A stretch of DNA of 64,000 nucleotides from Camelus ferus (Eukaryota), in assembly GCF_009834535.1 (NCBI RefSeq), contig NC_045697.1:101062001-101126000 (forward strand), written 5' to 3'. Every line of letters begins with the position of its first letter. The first letter of the stretch is position 1. Made by a program: the position numbers and the translations under genes. The notes below the pieces were generated by a model. The model saw only the letters and a list, made by a program, of their open reading frames with translations. It was not told the DNA's origin and made no database searches. Shown in pieces: positions 14,843-27,912 of this stretch.

Positions 14843-16516
14843 TTTCCTATACAGTTTTAAAAGTGGCATTTAAAAAGCAGAAACAAAATACTAAGTAAAA
14901 CACAGCCTTCAAGATTACATTTGCTTGCTGCCAGCCACTCTATAAATATGAAAACAGATCTTGGAAGTCGCTGTTCAAAATGAAAGTAATGAGCATTTCC
15001 TGATGGGGTGTTCAGCAAGCTTTTCTAGACATGGGCTTCCTTACTTTTTTTTGGCCAAACTGTGTGTTTTTTCCTCCTGTCTGCTCGGTGGGTGTGTTTT
15101 TAAAGGCTGCTTTGTGTCCCTGTAAATTACAGGAATTCCTTCACCATACAACCAGAAGCCCTGGCAGCAAGGGCCAATCAAGTTGCAGAAAGCACCCCGA
15201 ATGCTTCCTAAACGGCCTCCCACAATTGGCAGCACGAAGACAACACCAGAAAAAGTGAAACAGAAACTACAAAAGCAAATACATCAACTTTTATTCTTCC
15301 TCATTTCTTTCTAAATCCTCAGAATCGATACACAGTAAAAAAAAAAAAGTAAAAAAAAAAAAAAAAAAAAAAGATGAAAGTAGTCACCTGGGCAGTGCCT
15401 ACGCTATATATTAAAATACATAACCTGTCTCACATGAAAATGGAATTTCTACTCTTAAAGTATATATACAGAGATGGATACAAATAGATACTACTTTTCT
15501 ACACTAGAGAATATTCCCAAACCATGTCTCACCAGGAATTTAACAAATCCATCTGCTAATTTCATAAGACTGGACTTCAGCCCTCTTTTGGTGGCTTATT
15601 ACACATCACTAACAGAGAGCAAAGACAGAAACGAGAGAATAAAAAAACCCTGCCACCTCTCTTAATTACTATCTATTAATTAAGCACCTATGAAAGAGCA
15701 TCCCCCTGTTTTCATAGCCCCAACATGATCTGTTGATCATCCACGGATTTGCCATTGAGAACTATCATTGAATGACGGCATCTGAGCTGCCTCTGCTTGT
15801 GGCTGAGTACCGCCTGCTGCACGAGAGGCAACTTCCTACAGCAGTGACCGGGACGCCAGCTGATGACAAGCGGCCTGTTCAGTTACGAAGAGAGCAGCTT
15901 ACACATATAGGGTGGTGGTTCCCAGCTCACCACTCAGACAACTACACCCCTCATTCAACTGGACTTTGGAGATTATCTGATACTTTGGATCACAGAACCC
16001 AAAAGTGCTACCAAAGAGCACATGTTAAAAGGTGAGAAGTCACCTACTGCATTTGTTTTAATGTCCATCATAAAAGAAACAATGTCTACATCTGCAACCT
16101 TTAACTCACAAGGGACAACTGTAAGTACCCTACCTTAATCCTGCTAACATCTGTGAAGCTAATGAACAGACAGCGTGCCGATGTATTCATTAGGGAATCG
16201 TCGAGGCCAAAAACCCGGGGTGCTTTGAAAGTTGCGTGTATAAACGTTCGCCTCTAGGGGGAACTCCAGGCTCTTTGCCTTAATTTTTCTAAAGGCTAAG
16301 TTGGGAAAAAATGAGAAACCTCCACTACACTGAGAGAGAATGATATGGCTGGTTGGATCCCAGGACATTGATTGGACCATGTTTTGTAGGATGGCAGCTT
16401 TCAGAGGGTTTGAAAGTCAGCATAAGTGATTACTACTCTCTTCATGCTCTTTAGTTCTTCCATGTGGCAAACAGGCTGATCAATATCCTGGCACACTCAT
16501 CTCTCTCCCTCTCTTT

Positions 16517-16592
16517 GTATATATAGATAAATATACACACATATATTTATACATACACATATGTATACACACATATATGTATACACACCTAT
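16517..16592. repeat. Imperfect (TA)/(CA) microsatellite
   Basis: GTATATATAGATAAATATACACACATATATTTATACATACACATATGTATACACACATATATGTATACACAC. Confidence 0.8.
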
Positions 16593-17814
16593 GCATATTC
16601 AAGTAAACCCAGGATTATCTGACTACTACCCTTGCTCAGCCATCCATGTCCATGTTTTTAAGGGCAAATATTGTGTAAAGGAATATATTCACATTCCCCA
16701 TGCACTGGCCATAACATCACAGCACCCTAGATCTTCCTATGATTTCCAGTAATACACAGCGATAGAATGGGGTGCTTACTTTTAAACTGCACAGAACACC
16801 ATTAACTAGTTTTGTGACTTTGGGCATGTCCCTTGTTCTGTGAGTTCCACTTTCCTCATTAAATGGTTTCTAAAGTGCTTTCTGGCTGCACTATTCTACG
16901 CATTTTATCTTCATCAATTTCTTTCCAATGCTAAGAGAAATTATGTCCAACAATGATTAGCCGTCTAAGTCATTTCTCCGCTGGGTGATGTCATTGATGT
17001 AATGCCACTCAGGATCATGGAGCAAAGCCTGAAACATCCAACAAGGACACAGAACTCAAGTCAAATGTATCTGACCAGCCGGCTGAAGAGACCTGGAACA
17101 CAGCAGCCCAGCCCAGACCAATCTAAACAGACAAATCCCAACACCAAAATCACAATCTGCCTTTAGTTGCACGTACTGGGTATCAGGTGTGACGGAACTT
17201 TCTTAGGGCCTTGGGACATTGGGTCAGCAAATGTGTGTGCAGATTCTTACACGTGAAAATTCAGTGGAATGCGTAGCCACCTTGTGTAAATCATCTTCCT
17301 GACTGTGCCTGCGGCTTTTCATCCTGCAACTATGCAATTCAGAAAAGGTGATGATGAGCACAGCTTATCTATACATAGAAGGAACAAGATTTTCACAGGA
17401 AAGGTGGAGAAGGAGGGTCCACGTTCCTCCATATACTTGGAGCTCTCACCCATTTCCATTTTGTACCTTTTGTTGATCCTGGACGCTCAAGGAATAAATT
17501 GGCCAGAACAATTCAGGTAGAGAGGAGAAAGAAGAAAATTAGAATCATGAATTCCAATTCTTCCAGAGACTCTGTCTAGTAAAATGAGCTGGCATTATGG
17601 AAAATAGAGCAAAAAAAAGATCTTAAATGCACTTGATGCAGTGCCCTCACTTTACAAATGAGGAAACTGTAACTCGGAGAGGTCCAATCCTTTGCTGGGA
17701 TGATCTCTGTTTGGGCCTTACCTTACATGCTATTCTGTGCATGGGAAATTCTGCTTGTGCACACTCCAGAGTTTAGAGAATCAAGCTAAAGATACACAAG
17801 TAACGTAAGCCTAG

Positions 17815-18363
17815 TGCATCAGTTACCTATTTCTGCATAACAACCCATTTGATACTTAGTGACTTTACAAAAATGATGTTTTATTCCATGTGACTCTGTG
17901 ACGGAACCGGGCAGTTTTGTTCACCTCATCTGGCCTCACTCAGGTGGGGGTGGCCCAGGCAGCTAGTGGCCTGGCTGGGGCTCGATGCTTTAAAATGGCC
18001 TCACAGCCTGCGGTCTCAGCTAGAATGGCTGGAAAAGCTGTAACATACAGGGCTCACTCTCCATGCAACCTTTCACCTGGGGTTTTTACATGATGCTGGA
18101 AGTATCCTGAGATGGTAAAAGTAGAAGTTGTAAGGCCAATAGAAGCAGAGGTTCAGAAGTTCCTTTCTGTCATTTCTGCTGCATTGTGCAGGTCAAAGTA
18201 AGTCACAAAGGCAGGCCAGACTCAGAGGGTAGGAAAATAGATGCCACCTCTTTTTGGAGGTGCTACAAAGAACCTGTATGTATATGTGCATGGGTATATA
18301 TGTGTATGTGTGTGTATGTGTGTATATATATATATATTACTCTGATATGTATAATCTACCACA
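17815..18363 (-). mobile_element. MaLR solo LTR (MLT1-like) with internal (TG/TA) microsatellite at about 18275-18337
   Basis: TG...CA termini (TGCATCAGTTACCTATTTCTGCATAACAAC ... AATCTACCACA). Flanks CCTAG (17810-17814) and CCCAG (18364-18368) form a 4/5 5-bp TSD. Contains the MLT1 antisense motif GGTCAAAGTAAGTCACAAAGGCAGGCCAGACTCA..GGAAAATAGATGCCACCTCTT. Confidence 0.8.
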
Positions 18364-19619
18364 CCCAGACAGAAAAAAGAAGTCAGGATGTTCAATAAGA
18401 TACTGATTTGATTTCCTTTGTTTTCAATAGAACATATCCTTAGGGACAAAGGTGGTGCTAGAGGTCACTGATTTATGCTTTCAGAATATTCATCACTTTT
18501 TTTGTTTGTTTGGTTTTTATTGTAGCAATAGATAATTGGTACAGCAATCTTTTTGTTGTACAGGGTTTAAGAAAAAGAGACTTAAGCAGAAAAGATCTGT
18601 AGAGAACTGGGGGGCTAGACTTTTCCTTTTGAATTGTTTGTCTCTTTTAGTTGGCCAATGGTATCTTCATCTTTATAATTTTCTTAAAAACTGTTTGAGC
18701 CTTACTTAGCAAATTAGCCCACTGCATTAGACGTCTATAAATCCCCTCTAGGCAGGCCCCTTCTATCTCGGACTGAGAATCTGGATGCTGGAGAAAATGC
18801 CCATAATATTTAATCTCTAGCCTTCAGAGCCTATGAGGTATTGCTTGACATCATTCTTAAAACCTTAAAGGGTCTACAGACTCCAATAACTCTGAGACCA
18901 TGTTTTACTGTTGGAACTTTGGGCCTTTGTCTTTGTCCTGAGATCATTTATGAAACTGAAAATATTTTTCTAGCTGGTAAAATTGGGACTAAAAAATGGT
19001 AGCGAATACTTCAGTGACTGTTCTGGATGTGCTGTGAGTTAACAGGAGGATATGACATACACATATTTCACTTCCCTCTCTAGACTCATCATAAAAAGTT
19101 TCAAAAAGTTAATAGTACATTTTGAAACTTTCAGATTATTTATTAGTTTTAATTCTAACAAATAGAAACTATGCCATCACTGTGCTTTTGTACAATGTCT
19201 GCACCATAACTGGCACCCACGAAACACCCAAACATAACAATAAGGAAAGCAGCAGGGACAGGCAGGTTTGACAGAAACTGAACTAGATTTTGTCAGTTTA
19301 TTTACTGAACGCATGTTCTTATCCACTATGAAAAGTCATGACCTTTTCAGCTGAGGAAAGCAATTACTTTTTTGCACAGAGATTCTTTATGTAACAACAC
19401 AAAGGAGATTCACAAGTTACCAGTTACTGGCAAGACTAAGGCACCCAAGGCAGACAGTGTCTAGTCACGCAAACTTTGGGAAGCAGTTCAGTGGAGCTAA
19501 TGAAGTCAAAGCTTCGATCCTTAGATAGGCCAATTAACTTCCTGGAGAGAAACCTTTTACAATATAAGGACAGCCTTGATTACTTCCTCTCCTGATTCTT
19601 TCTTAACCTCAAGAGAAAT

Positions 19620-20240
19620 TGACAGTATGATTCAATAAAATGCATATTTAGTTTAAATGCTACATATTCTGATAGATGCTATAGGGCTACCAAAAATAAG
19701 AACTATGTAGTCTTATTCCAGAATTTTTAAGATAGCAAAACAAATAGGACTATTCAATCAGTTTACAACGTATAAAATGATAACGTGATGGAGAGGAAGT
19801 ACAAATTATAATCCAAGTTCGAAGGAGGGAGATACTATGTTAGGGAACCTAAGAAATGTACAAAGATGGTGATATTTGCACTTTTACATACACTTGGAGG
19901 AAGACGTTCTAGATGAAGGGAGAGGGGAGTAGTAATTAAACAAAACTGAATGGTCTAGTTTTGTCAGAATATAGGGTCTAAAAAGAGAAAACTTACGGGA
20001 AACAATAGTATAAATGTAGCTCAAAGCCAGATGATAAAGAATTTAGCTTGCTTTAGAAGGTAATGAGGAGCTACTGGAATAAAACAACCAGAGTAGTATC
20101 TTTAGGAAGATTGTTCTGGCAGCAATGAAAGTAGTTGATGACAGAGAACATGAGTGGTTAGGAAGAGAGGGTAGATTTCTGCTACAATAAACTATATGAG
20201 AATACCGGAGGCCAAGACTATAAGGAAAAAGGATCAAGAG
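19620..20240 (-). mobile_element. Degenerate L2 LINE fragment
   Basis: ATTCAATAAAATGCATATTTAG... followed by purine-rich L2-like sequence (TTTAGGAAGATTGTTCTGGCAGCAATG). Confidence 0.5.
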
Positions 20241-21231
20241 GACCCAGGAACAGGTTACTTTTGTAAGGAGACGGCTGATCTATGTTTCTTAGAGACAGAC
20301 TGACTAAAGAAGGAATATAAATCTTACATAAATGTTTCAAAAGAGGAAGAGAAAATGCAAGCAAAACATGGATAGCCTCACTACATTCGGTCATCTAGAG
20401 TCCAGCTTCTAGAGAGTAATGTCATGCTTTTTCGGGGCACTTGATGAGTCTGGAAACTTCACCACGATCAATTCATTAGGGCAATAACAAGGCAGGAGAA
20501 AAAAGCCGTCGAGGAGCAGTCCCAGTGAGATGCAAGACTCGGTAGGAGAAGCCAGTCAGCACGATTTTGCAAATTTCTCCAGCCATAGTCAGTAGTCTAG
20601 GGAGATGAAAGTAATTGAACAATGGAAAGCATCCCAGTTGGAAACCAGGAGGGATCAAGTGAAGACAGTGAGAGAATCTAGAGTACTCTAGATTCTTTGC
20701 TGAGAACCTTTTTGAAAACCATTCTATGGTTCTGGCTGAGTAGGGAGACAGGAGAAGGCAGAATGGAAAGGGCAGATGGACAGAGAGAGTGGAGTGGAAG
20801 TGCTGTGGATCCTGGTCAGCAGAAAGCAAGGACCAGGCTCTGTAGGAGTGATGAGGAGCTGGGAGGAGAAAGGCTGCCCGTGAGTTACTAGAGTTCCATG
20901 CAATCCATCACCTGTCTCCTGGGGTGGAGGCGGGGTGGGGCAGGGCACACAGGCATTCTGGCCTTCTCTTTCTCCTCAGACAAACCACAAAACCACTGTG
21001 ACCTGGGGGTTATGGAGAAAAGACTTCACTTTCCTCCAGGTAAGTGTTCATGAATGTAATATAGGTACTGACTAAAATGATTCTGTGGTCCTTTCTGGCA
21101 TTAGCATTTTATGATTTGGGGGCTTTGGTCTATAGCAATTCTTATTCCCTGACCTTTTAACTAATTTGTAATTAATTTCAAACACATAGACAGATAGTGA
21201 AAATAATAAAGCACGATATAAAAAATATCCA

Positions 21232-21335
21232 GGGGGAGGGTATAGCTCAGTGGTAGAGTGCACACTAAGCATGCACAAGGTTCTGGGTTCAATCCCCAGT
21301 ACCTCCACTAAATAAATAAATACATATATATATCC
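21232..21335 (+). mobile_element. tRNA-derived SINE, Vic-1-like (camelid)
   Basis: GGGGAGGGTATAGCTCAGTGGTAGAGTGC...GCATGCACAAGGTTCTGGGTTCAATCCCCAGTACCTCCA plus (TAAA)n tail. A box TAGCTCAGTGG at 21243-21253, B box GGTTCAATCC at 21286-21295; possible TSD ATATCCA. Confidence 0.85.
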
Positions 21336-21549
21336 ATATATATCTACCATTAATCTAATCATATCTGCTTTAGTTCTACTTTTAAAGAAAGATATAGATA
21401 AAGAAACACATTAAGAATTTTGTAGGTCTTTTCTCGATTGTATTTCTCTTCCTCTAATTCCAAAAATAATATCTGTCCTGAATTTAGTTGTTATTGTTCT
21501 CATGCGTTTTACATTTTTAATAAACATGTATGCCTCTATCACTTTTTAT

Positions 21550-21956
21550 CTTTTCATTTTTAATATTTTGCAAGCCATATTCCATTATAGGTTATTACAA
21601 GATGTTGTGTGTAAGTTCCTGTGCTATACTTAAATCCTTGTTGCTTATCTATTTTGTGTATATTAGTGCATATCTGTTAATCCCCTACTCCTGATATATC
21701 CCTACCCTCTTCCCTGTCCCATTTGGTAACTGTATGTTTGTCTTCTATGTCTGTGAGTCTGTTCCTCATATAGACTGAGTCTGTTTGTATATAGATCGAG
21801 TTGTATTATTTTTTAGATTCCATATATAAGTGATATCATACAGTATTTGTCTTTCTCTGTCTGACATTTCACTAAACATAGTATTAACTAGGTCAATCCA
21901 TGTTGCTGCAAATGGCAATATTTCATTCTTTTTTATGGCTGAGTAATGTGTATGTG

Positions 21957-22015
<59 letters not shown>

Positions 22016-22085
22016 GACCTCTCCTTAAGCTGGAAACCAAGATTAGCTCCTTAAACCAATCATCTATTGATGGGCACTTGGGTCA
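21550..22085 (-). mobile_element. LINE-1 3' end, inserted in an older L1M relic
   Basis: Antisense L1 3'UTR (TTCCATTATAGGTTATTACAAGAT...TTTTAGATTCCATATATAAGTGATATCATACAGTATTTGTC...CCATGTTGCTGCAAATGGC). Possible TSD ACTTTTTAT at 21541-21549 and 22088-22096. Confidence 0.85.
21960..22013. repeat. Perfect (AC)27 microsatellite
   Basis: Uninterrupted AC run inside the L1 fragment. Confidence 0.95.
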
Positions 22086-22591
22086 TAACTTTTTATTTTA
22101 AAATATCTTTTTTTTTTCACAATGTACACAAAGAGTTCATTCATTTTTAACTGCTCTAATTCGTGCATATACAATTTATTTATTCATATCGTGTTAGTGG
22201 ACTTTCAGATCTCTTGCAATTTTATACTAACAGAAAAAAGTATTGCAAAGAAGTTTTAGGAGACTGGACGGCAACCCTGTCTAAATATTTTAATTATCTA
22301 GAGAGTTTTGTTTTGTTTTGTTTAAATCCAGATGCCCTGTTCTATGGCTTGCATGCTATTCTGTTTTACATCACAACAGACCTGGAAAATGGTAATATTT
22401 ATAGGGTGCATTGCAGTAAAGAGAAAATGTTACTGATGGATAGTTAAAGTAGACCAGCCACTTCTACCTCACCAAACACATGCAGCCACCTCAAGGGCTA
22501 AAAGAATCAAATCTCTGTTGATTGAAAACCCTTCCCAATTTCCAGTACAATGATGTGCAGGTCACACTGGCTACACAGCTCTGTTCTAGGA

Positions 22592-22762
22592 CAAGAAATC
22601 TCAAATTTGGCTGCATATTCGAATCTGCTGGGGAGTTTTAAAAATCTGCTTATGCCCAGGCTGCACCCCGGGCTGATTAAATTAGAATTAGTAGGATCAA
22701 GACATCAGTTCTCTTTCAGCCTCTCAGGTGATTCCCACTTTGAGCTGAGGCTGAGAACCACG
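22592..22762. mobile_element. MER5A-like hAT-Charlie DNA transposon
   Basis: TCTCAAATTTGGCTGCATATTCGAATCTGCTGGGGAGTTTTAAAAA..ATGCCCAGGCTGCACCCC..CAGGTGATTCC..GGCTGAGAACCAC. Confidence 0.8.
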
Positions 22763-23269
22763 CCAAGCAGTTATCTCCTAAACTCCCCGATCATGAGACT
22801 CACCAAGGGCGCTTGTTACCAGTGCATATCTTCAGGCCTCAAACACTTTAGGGACCTGTCTGGGAAGCTGTAGGCTTAAAAATGCCTCAGGTATATACCT
22901 AGAAACAGAACTGCTGTGTCTCAACTCAACAGTGATGGGAAGGCCACTTTAGAGCCATTTGAAAGCCCCTATTCACTGGAGCAATCAATCCAAGCAAGTA
23001 ATCTTGCCTTTCCGGATAGCATCCATCTCTCGTGGCCATTCTGACCTGTCTACTGCAATGGCTGGTCTGGCTGGAATGGAAAAAATCAGATTCCTCAGAA
23101 AAGGGTCCCAGTTGGGTGTCATTAACCTTTTGAGGGGCTTCGTATAGTAACGGTGGCTGGTGTGGTCCTGCCGCCTCACGTGCATGTATCACATTGCCCA
23201 CTGTGCCACGAAATAACCTTTGAGATTCCAGCCACAGAACTCATTCTTACCTTTGTTGACAAGGCTGTA

Positions 23270-23505
23270 AGAGACACTGGTAAAGGGCAGGCTGTGGAAC
23301 CAGACTGCCTAGGTAAATCCCAGCTCCACCAGCAACTGTGCAAACACGGGCTACACACCAAATCTAACCACGTTTTGGTTCCCTCATTTGTAAAAATAAT
23401 CATGATAATAGTACCTACCCGCACGTTGTTGTTATGAAGATTAAATAGGATAAATAACTATAAATGCCTAAACCTACGTGCTTAATACAAGTTTTATTAT
23501 TATGA
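23270..23505 (+). mobile_element. MIR SINE
   Basis: GGTAAAGGGCAGGCTGTGGAACCAGACTGCCTAGGTAAATCCCAGCTCCACC...CCTCATTTGTAAAATAATCATGATAATAGTACCTACC...ATGAAGATTAAAT. Confidence 0.8.
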
Positions 23506-25079
23506 CTATCACGAGTTTACACTTTCCCGTTCTCCTTTCATACAGGTATTCCTGCATGTTTATCATCTAGAATCCTTCCCATTTTCACTGCCCAAATTCC
23601 TTTATTCTGAGTGTAGACAAGGAAAAACAAAGTGGTAAAAACACCAAAAGTATTAAAACTTTTCTCAAGTAACAAATTCTGTGTGTTTTCCAAAACATAC
23701 TGAATATCTGTCTCACCTCCTACCACCATCATCGGTAAATAATGTTGTGAGATATTAATTTGAAAGTAATACCTTGGTTGTGTAAATAATACCTACTTGA
23801 GTAAGGCTTTGTGCTATTCTGATTCAATTTTTTTCGAGGATCTTTAGGTCCTGGAATCCCATAACCTAGTTTAATAACTTGTAGGGTTAAAATAACCCTT
23901 TTGGGCAGGAAGTTCTTTTTTCATGTCACAGTTTATTTGGTCATGCTGAACTTTAATCCCATTTTCTCTAGATTTGGCTTTTGTGCCCATTTTATAAAAT
24001 GGGACTTGTGATCACTATTCTTACTTAGTATTTATTATAGGAAGAACTTCAAATCTTCAAAAATTCTACTAGAAACATGTTTCCTTCTGAGTTCAATTTA
24101 ATAGTGGGGAGAGGTTTTTAAAGAAACCCCAAAAGAAATGTTACTTGAGGTAATTTTAACCATAAAATGGCCCCTGTCACAGATTCTGAGATCAGGATTC
24201 TAGTAGCACATATATGAATTCTGAACCTAATGTTAACGTGAACATCTTACACACATGCCAAGATGAATAATTCCAATTCCAATAATTCACTTCTAGAAGA
24301 GTGAATGACCAGCCAACCCAGCTGACATATAAACAGGGTCAAATTATAAAATTTGCTCCCTTTTGATTTTTAACAATATTCTGTACTTTGTCTTGTCCCG
24401 GAGAAACAGCTGGTCATCTAAAACCATCTGCTTTTTTGTGCTGGATAGACAGATATCAACAGTCAAGGTGTTTCAAAGTCTTTAGCAAAGAAGAAACATG
24501 TTTGAAACCTGGGAAATTCACAGAAAGGTACCCTGAAAATACATTCAGACACTCACTTTCAAGGACTACTTCATATTACAAAGCCAAGTGTAGTTACTGA
24601 TATACTGAAAATAATTAATGCTAAAATCCCTCTGTAGGCTGAGAATTTGGGTCATCTCAGGGATGGGATAATGTCTCTGTTAATTCTGCAAATCCCCTGA
24701 GATCCAGGTCAGAGATCTACACACTGCAGGAAAGGAAAACATCAGTTTAAATAACGGTTGAAGAGGATGATTATGGTGACTACAATGATGGAATGCCTTT
24801 GAATTATGTCAATTCACCCAAAACAATGGTTATCATTTGTAAAATATTATATGGAAAAATAAATTCCAATAGCCTTGCAAATGATTTGAAAAATCAACCA
24901 AAGTGACTCAAAATCTGTGTTAGTACTTTCCTGGTAGCAGCTGAGTTTACACCAATGGTAAATATTTACATACAGATGTGAGTGTTATTTTATACAGTTT
25001 GTGCATGTGCTGTATTTTGTGTACGTCATTCAGGTGTCACCCTTGATGCTTCTTTTAACCTCGACTACTTTATCCTATG

Positions 25080-25836
25080 GTTCACTTAGTTGCTTTTGTC
25101 TCCTAAGTATATCTAAAACCCAGCCACCTCTCTCCTTTCCACTGCCAACATGCTGGTCCAGCCACCATCATCTGTACTACTTGCTTACTTCTAACCCCCT
25201 TAAGTCATTTCACATAGTAGTTACTGTAATCATTTAAAAACACAAATAGACTTAAATCTCTTCTCTGTTGAAAGCCATTCAGTGGTTTCCTAAATCAGAC
25301 AAAATTAAATTAAAATACCTTTAAGGCTGACCATGAGCTGACCCCACCCGTATCCCCAGCCTAACCTCTAACAGAGGACATGCAACGTTTTGGTAGGTGC
25401 AACAGGCACCACTATTTGGCCCACCTCTTGTTAATGTGTCACTTTTTTCTTACTACCAAGAACACAATTTTGTTAGAATTGGCAATTTTCCCAGCCTTCC
25501 TTATGGTTAGATTTAGCCACCAGACTTCAGTCAATGAGAGACGAGAGGACATATATGCTGAGGGACGTCCTTCAAGCTTCCAATTGAATATCACCTACTC
25601 AAAGACACTGTCCCTAATTATCCTTTATAAAATTAAGCTCCCTGCTGTTAATTTCTCAAAATCCTATTCTTAGCACCGATTATGACTTGTATTTATATTG
25701 TGTCTGTTGGTTTGTTTATGTCTCTCTGACTCCTCTGCAAGCTCTGTGAGTAGTGACCACTTACGCCTATTGGCGGCTGTACACTGTCATCTCTCACAGT
25801 ACGAGGTGATGTCAGTGGACAAGGGAATGAATAAAA
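25080..25836 (+). mobile_element. L2 LINE 3' fragments, interrupted by an LTR-like piece at about 25380-25565
   Basis: L2 pyrimidine-rich motifs (CCACCTCTCTCCTTTCCACTGCCAACA..GGTCCAGCCACCATCATC; TTCAGTGGTTTCC) and an L2-like terminus GAATGAATAAAAT. Confidence 0.55.
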
Positions 25837-26870
25837 TAATTACTTTTATAAGCATCTACGTTATGAACTATATTACAAATCCACCATGTCAACAGACATT
25901 TGTCTTATTATTTTTTTCTTTTGTTTAAGGCATGATGCCCGGTGATGTGGGAAACATAAAAGTAAGTACAGCATGCACTTAAGAAATGCACAGACTTAGT
26001 GCAAAAGAGAAACACGTTCACAAATAACCATAAAGGGCGACAGGTGATATAAACATGGCGCAGATGCTATGGGAACTCAGAAAAAAAGAGAAATCCCTAG
26101 TGACCGGAGTGTTAGGAAGATATCTTGGTAGAATGTCTAAGCTGACCATGAAGTTGAGTGTCATTTCAGTAAAGGCAGTAGATGAGGGTGAGAGGGTGCG
26201 AGAAAAACAACATGTCAGACAGAGGAGACTCAAAAGGCATTTCCAGAAAGTGCAGAAACTTCTTTTTTTTAACCCATCCCCCCAAAAAAAAAGATGCAAA
26301 GAAATATATTATTCCTATTTGTTTGCTTCTTGTAACACCTTACCTTGAGGTAACACCTGATGATGACCCAATGTGTCCTAAGGAATAAGGGTAACTGTGC
26401 TTTAATAAGGCTAATTTAAGGAATCACAATACAGAGATGGAAGGAGAGAGACAGAAGAAACTGGCTGTGGTGTCCTGCACAAGTTCCATCAAAATCTTCA
26501 GTGCGGAGAGGGGTGGGGAAGGGAGGTTGGAGTAATTAACACAATTAAAAATTAAGTATGTCCAAATTGGGAATTAATAAAGCCAAAAAAATAAAGAAAT
26601 CAATTATGAGTGTAAGAACACAGATGATTAGATATTTAACAAAAAGGTAAAAGGAGAAAAAAATGAAGAAACTACAGCTTACAGTACGTGTGAAGGGTTA
26701 AAGTAACGTATCTATGAATGCAGGTAAGTCTATGAACTCCCTGTAGTTCTTTTATTTTCTAAACATCATTTGGCTATGTTGTAGCCCATGTGCCATTACC
26801 AGAGGGGAGGTACAGAAAGAGAGCTTAGAATCAACTGTGGTAACCTGTGAGAGGGTCCAGAATTACAAAT

Positions 26871-26925
26871 GTGTGCACACATGTAAATACACACACATAC
26901 ACATATAAACACACACATACACGCA
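26871..26925. repeat. Imperfect (CA/TA) microsatellite
   Basis: GTGTGCACACATGTAAATACACACACATACACATATAAACACACACATACACGCA. Confidence 0.7.
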
Positions 26926-27912
26926 ACATGTATGTGCGACAAATTTTAAATTACTATAAGAATGAGTTGCAGTGAATTGTCTGTATCATTTGTATATATC
27001 GATTTATGAAACTTTCAGGACATTTCTTAATTGTACCATGTAATTAGCATAAATGGAGGGGATACATGTGACACATATGTGTACACACAGACAGGTATAA
27101 GGATATATTATATATTATATATTATGTAAAGCTACATTAGACATGCATATATTCATAACAGACACTCAGATATATTTCAAAATATGTTCTGTGTCTCACA
27201 GACCACTCTTACCTCCTCTGTATTTGGCCTTTACAGTGCTTCTGAGGGGTAAATAATACCATTATTCCACTGCACATTGTTTAGATATGGAGGTAAATGC
27301 AGAGAGATGACATAACTTGCCTACAGAAATAGGGTCAGTTAGTGCTCAGAGCCAAGCAGAACCAAGATGTTAAAGCTCACTGAGTCTGGGGATCTTTCTA
27401 TTACATTTAGAACAGCACGAAGACAGCGCATCCTAGAGTGGGTGGAAGAATGATTAAGGTGGTATCTCATATATAATGCCGCCTGTATTTATACATCACA
27501 TTCCTTCCAAAGGGTTTTTAGATATGATCTCATTTGTCTTCCAACAACCCTGAAAGATAAGTAGGGCCAGAAGTTTCATCTGCATTCTCCAAGACGGATT
27601 ATCCAAGGCAGAGAAGGGTGAAGTCACAGAAAGCCACTGAGCTCTGCAGAGACCACACTAGACTCCACGTGGCTGTTTCCTCCTCAGGGCTCCTTCTACT
27701 GATCTGGGCAACAGAATCCCCTGAGTAGAGGTGGTGGGGGGATGGGGAGTGAGGCTGGATAAATTCCAGAAAAGGATATATCTCTTTCTAACATCTCTCT
27801 CTGGTGCCTCTGCCCACAGGAATATGAGAGAACAGTTAACAAGATTTTAAATGAGGCTTTTCCTGTTGCTCCAAATTAGTGATTAATGCTTAGTTTTAAG
27901 AATGGAAAGAAT

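Noticed and set aside
14164..14860. Overlapping 221-aa and 181-aa ORFs as a novel gene
   Set aside because: They are the L1 ORF2 C-terminus and its antisense frame inside a truncated, promoterless L1.
21232..21310. tRNA-Ala gene
   Set aside because: The acceptor stem and anticodon arm are degenerate, there is an A-rich tail rather than a T-run terminator, and a related TSD-flanked copy lies at 45357-45483. It is a SINE.
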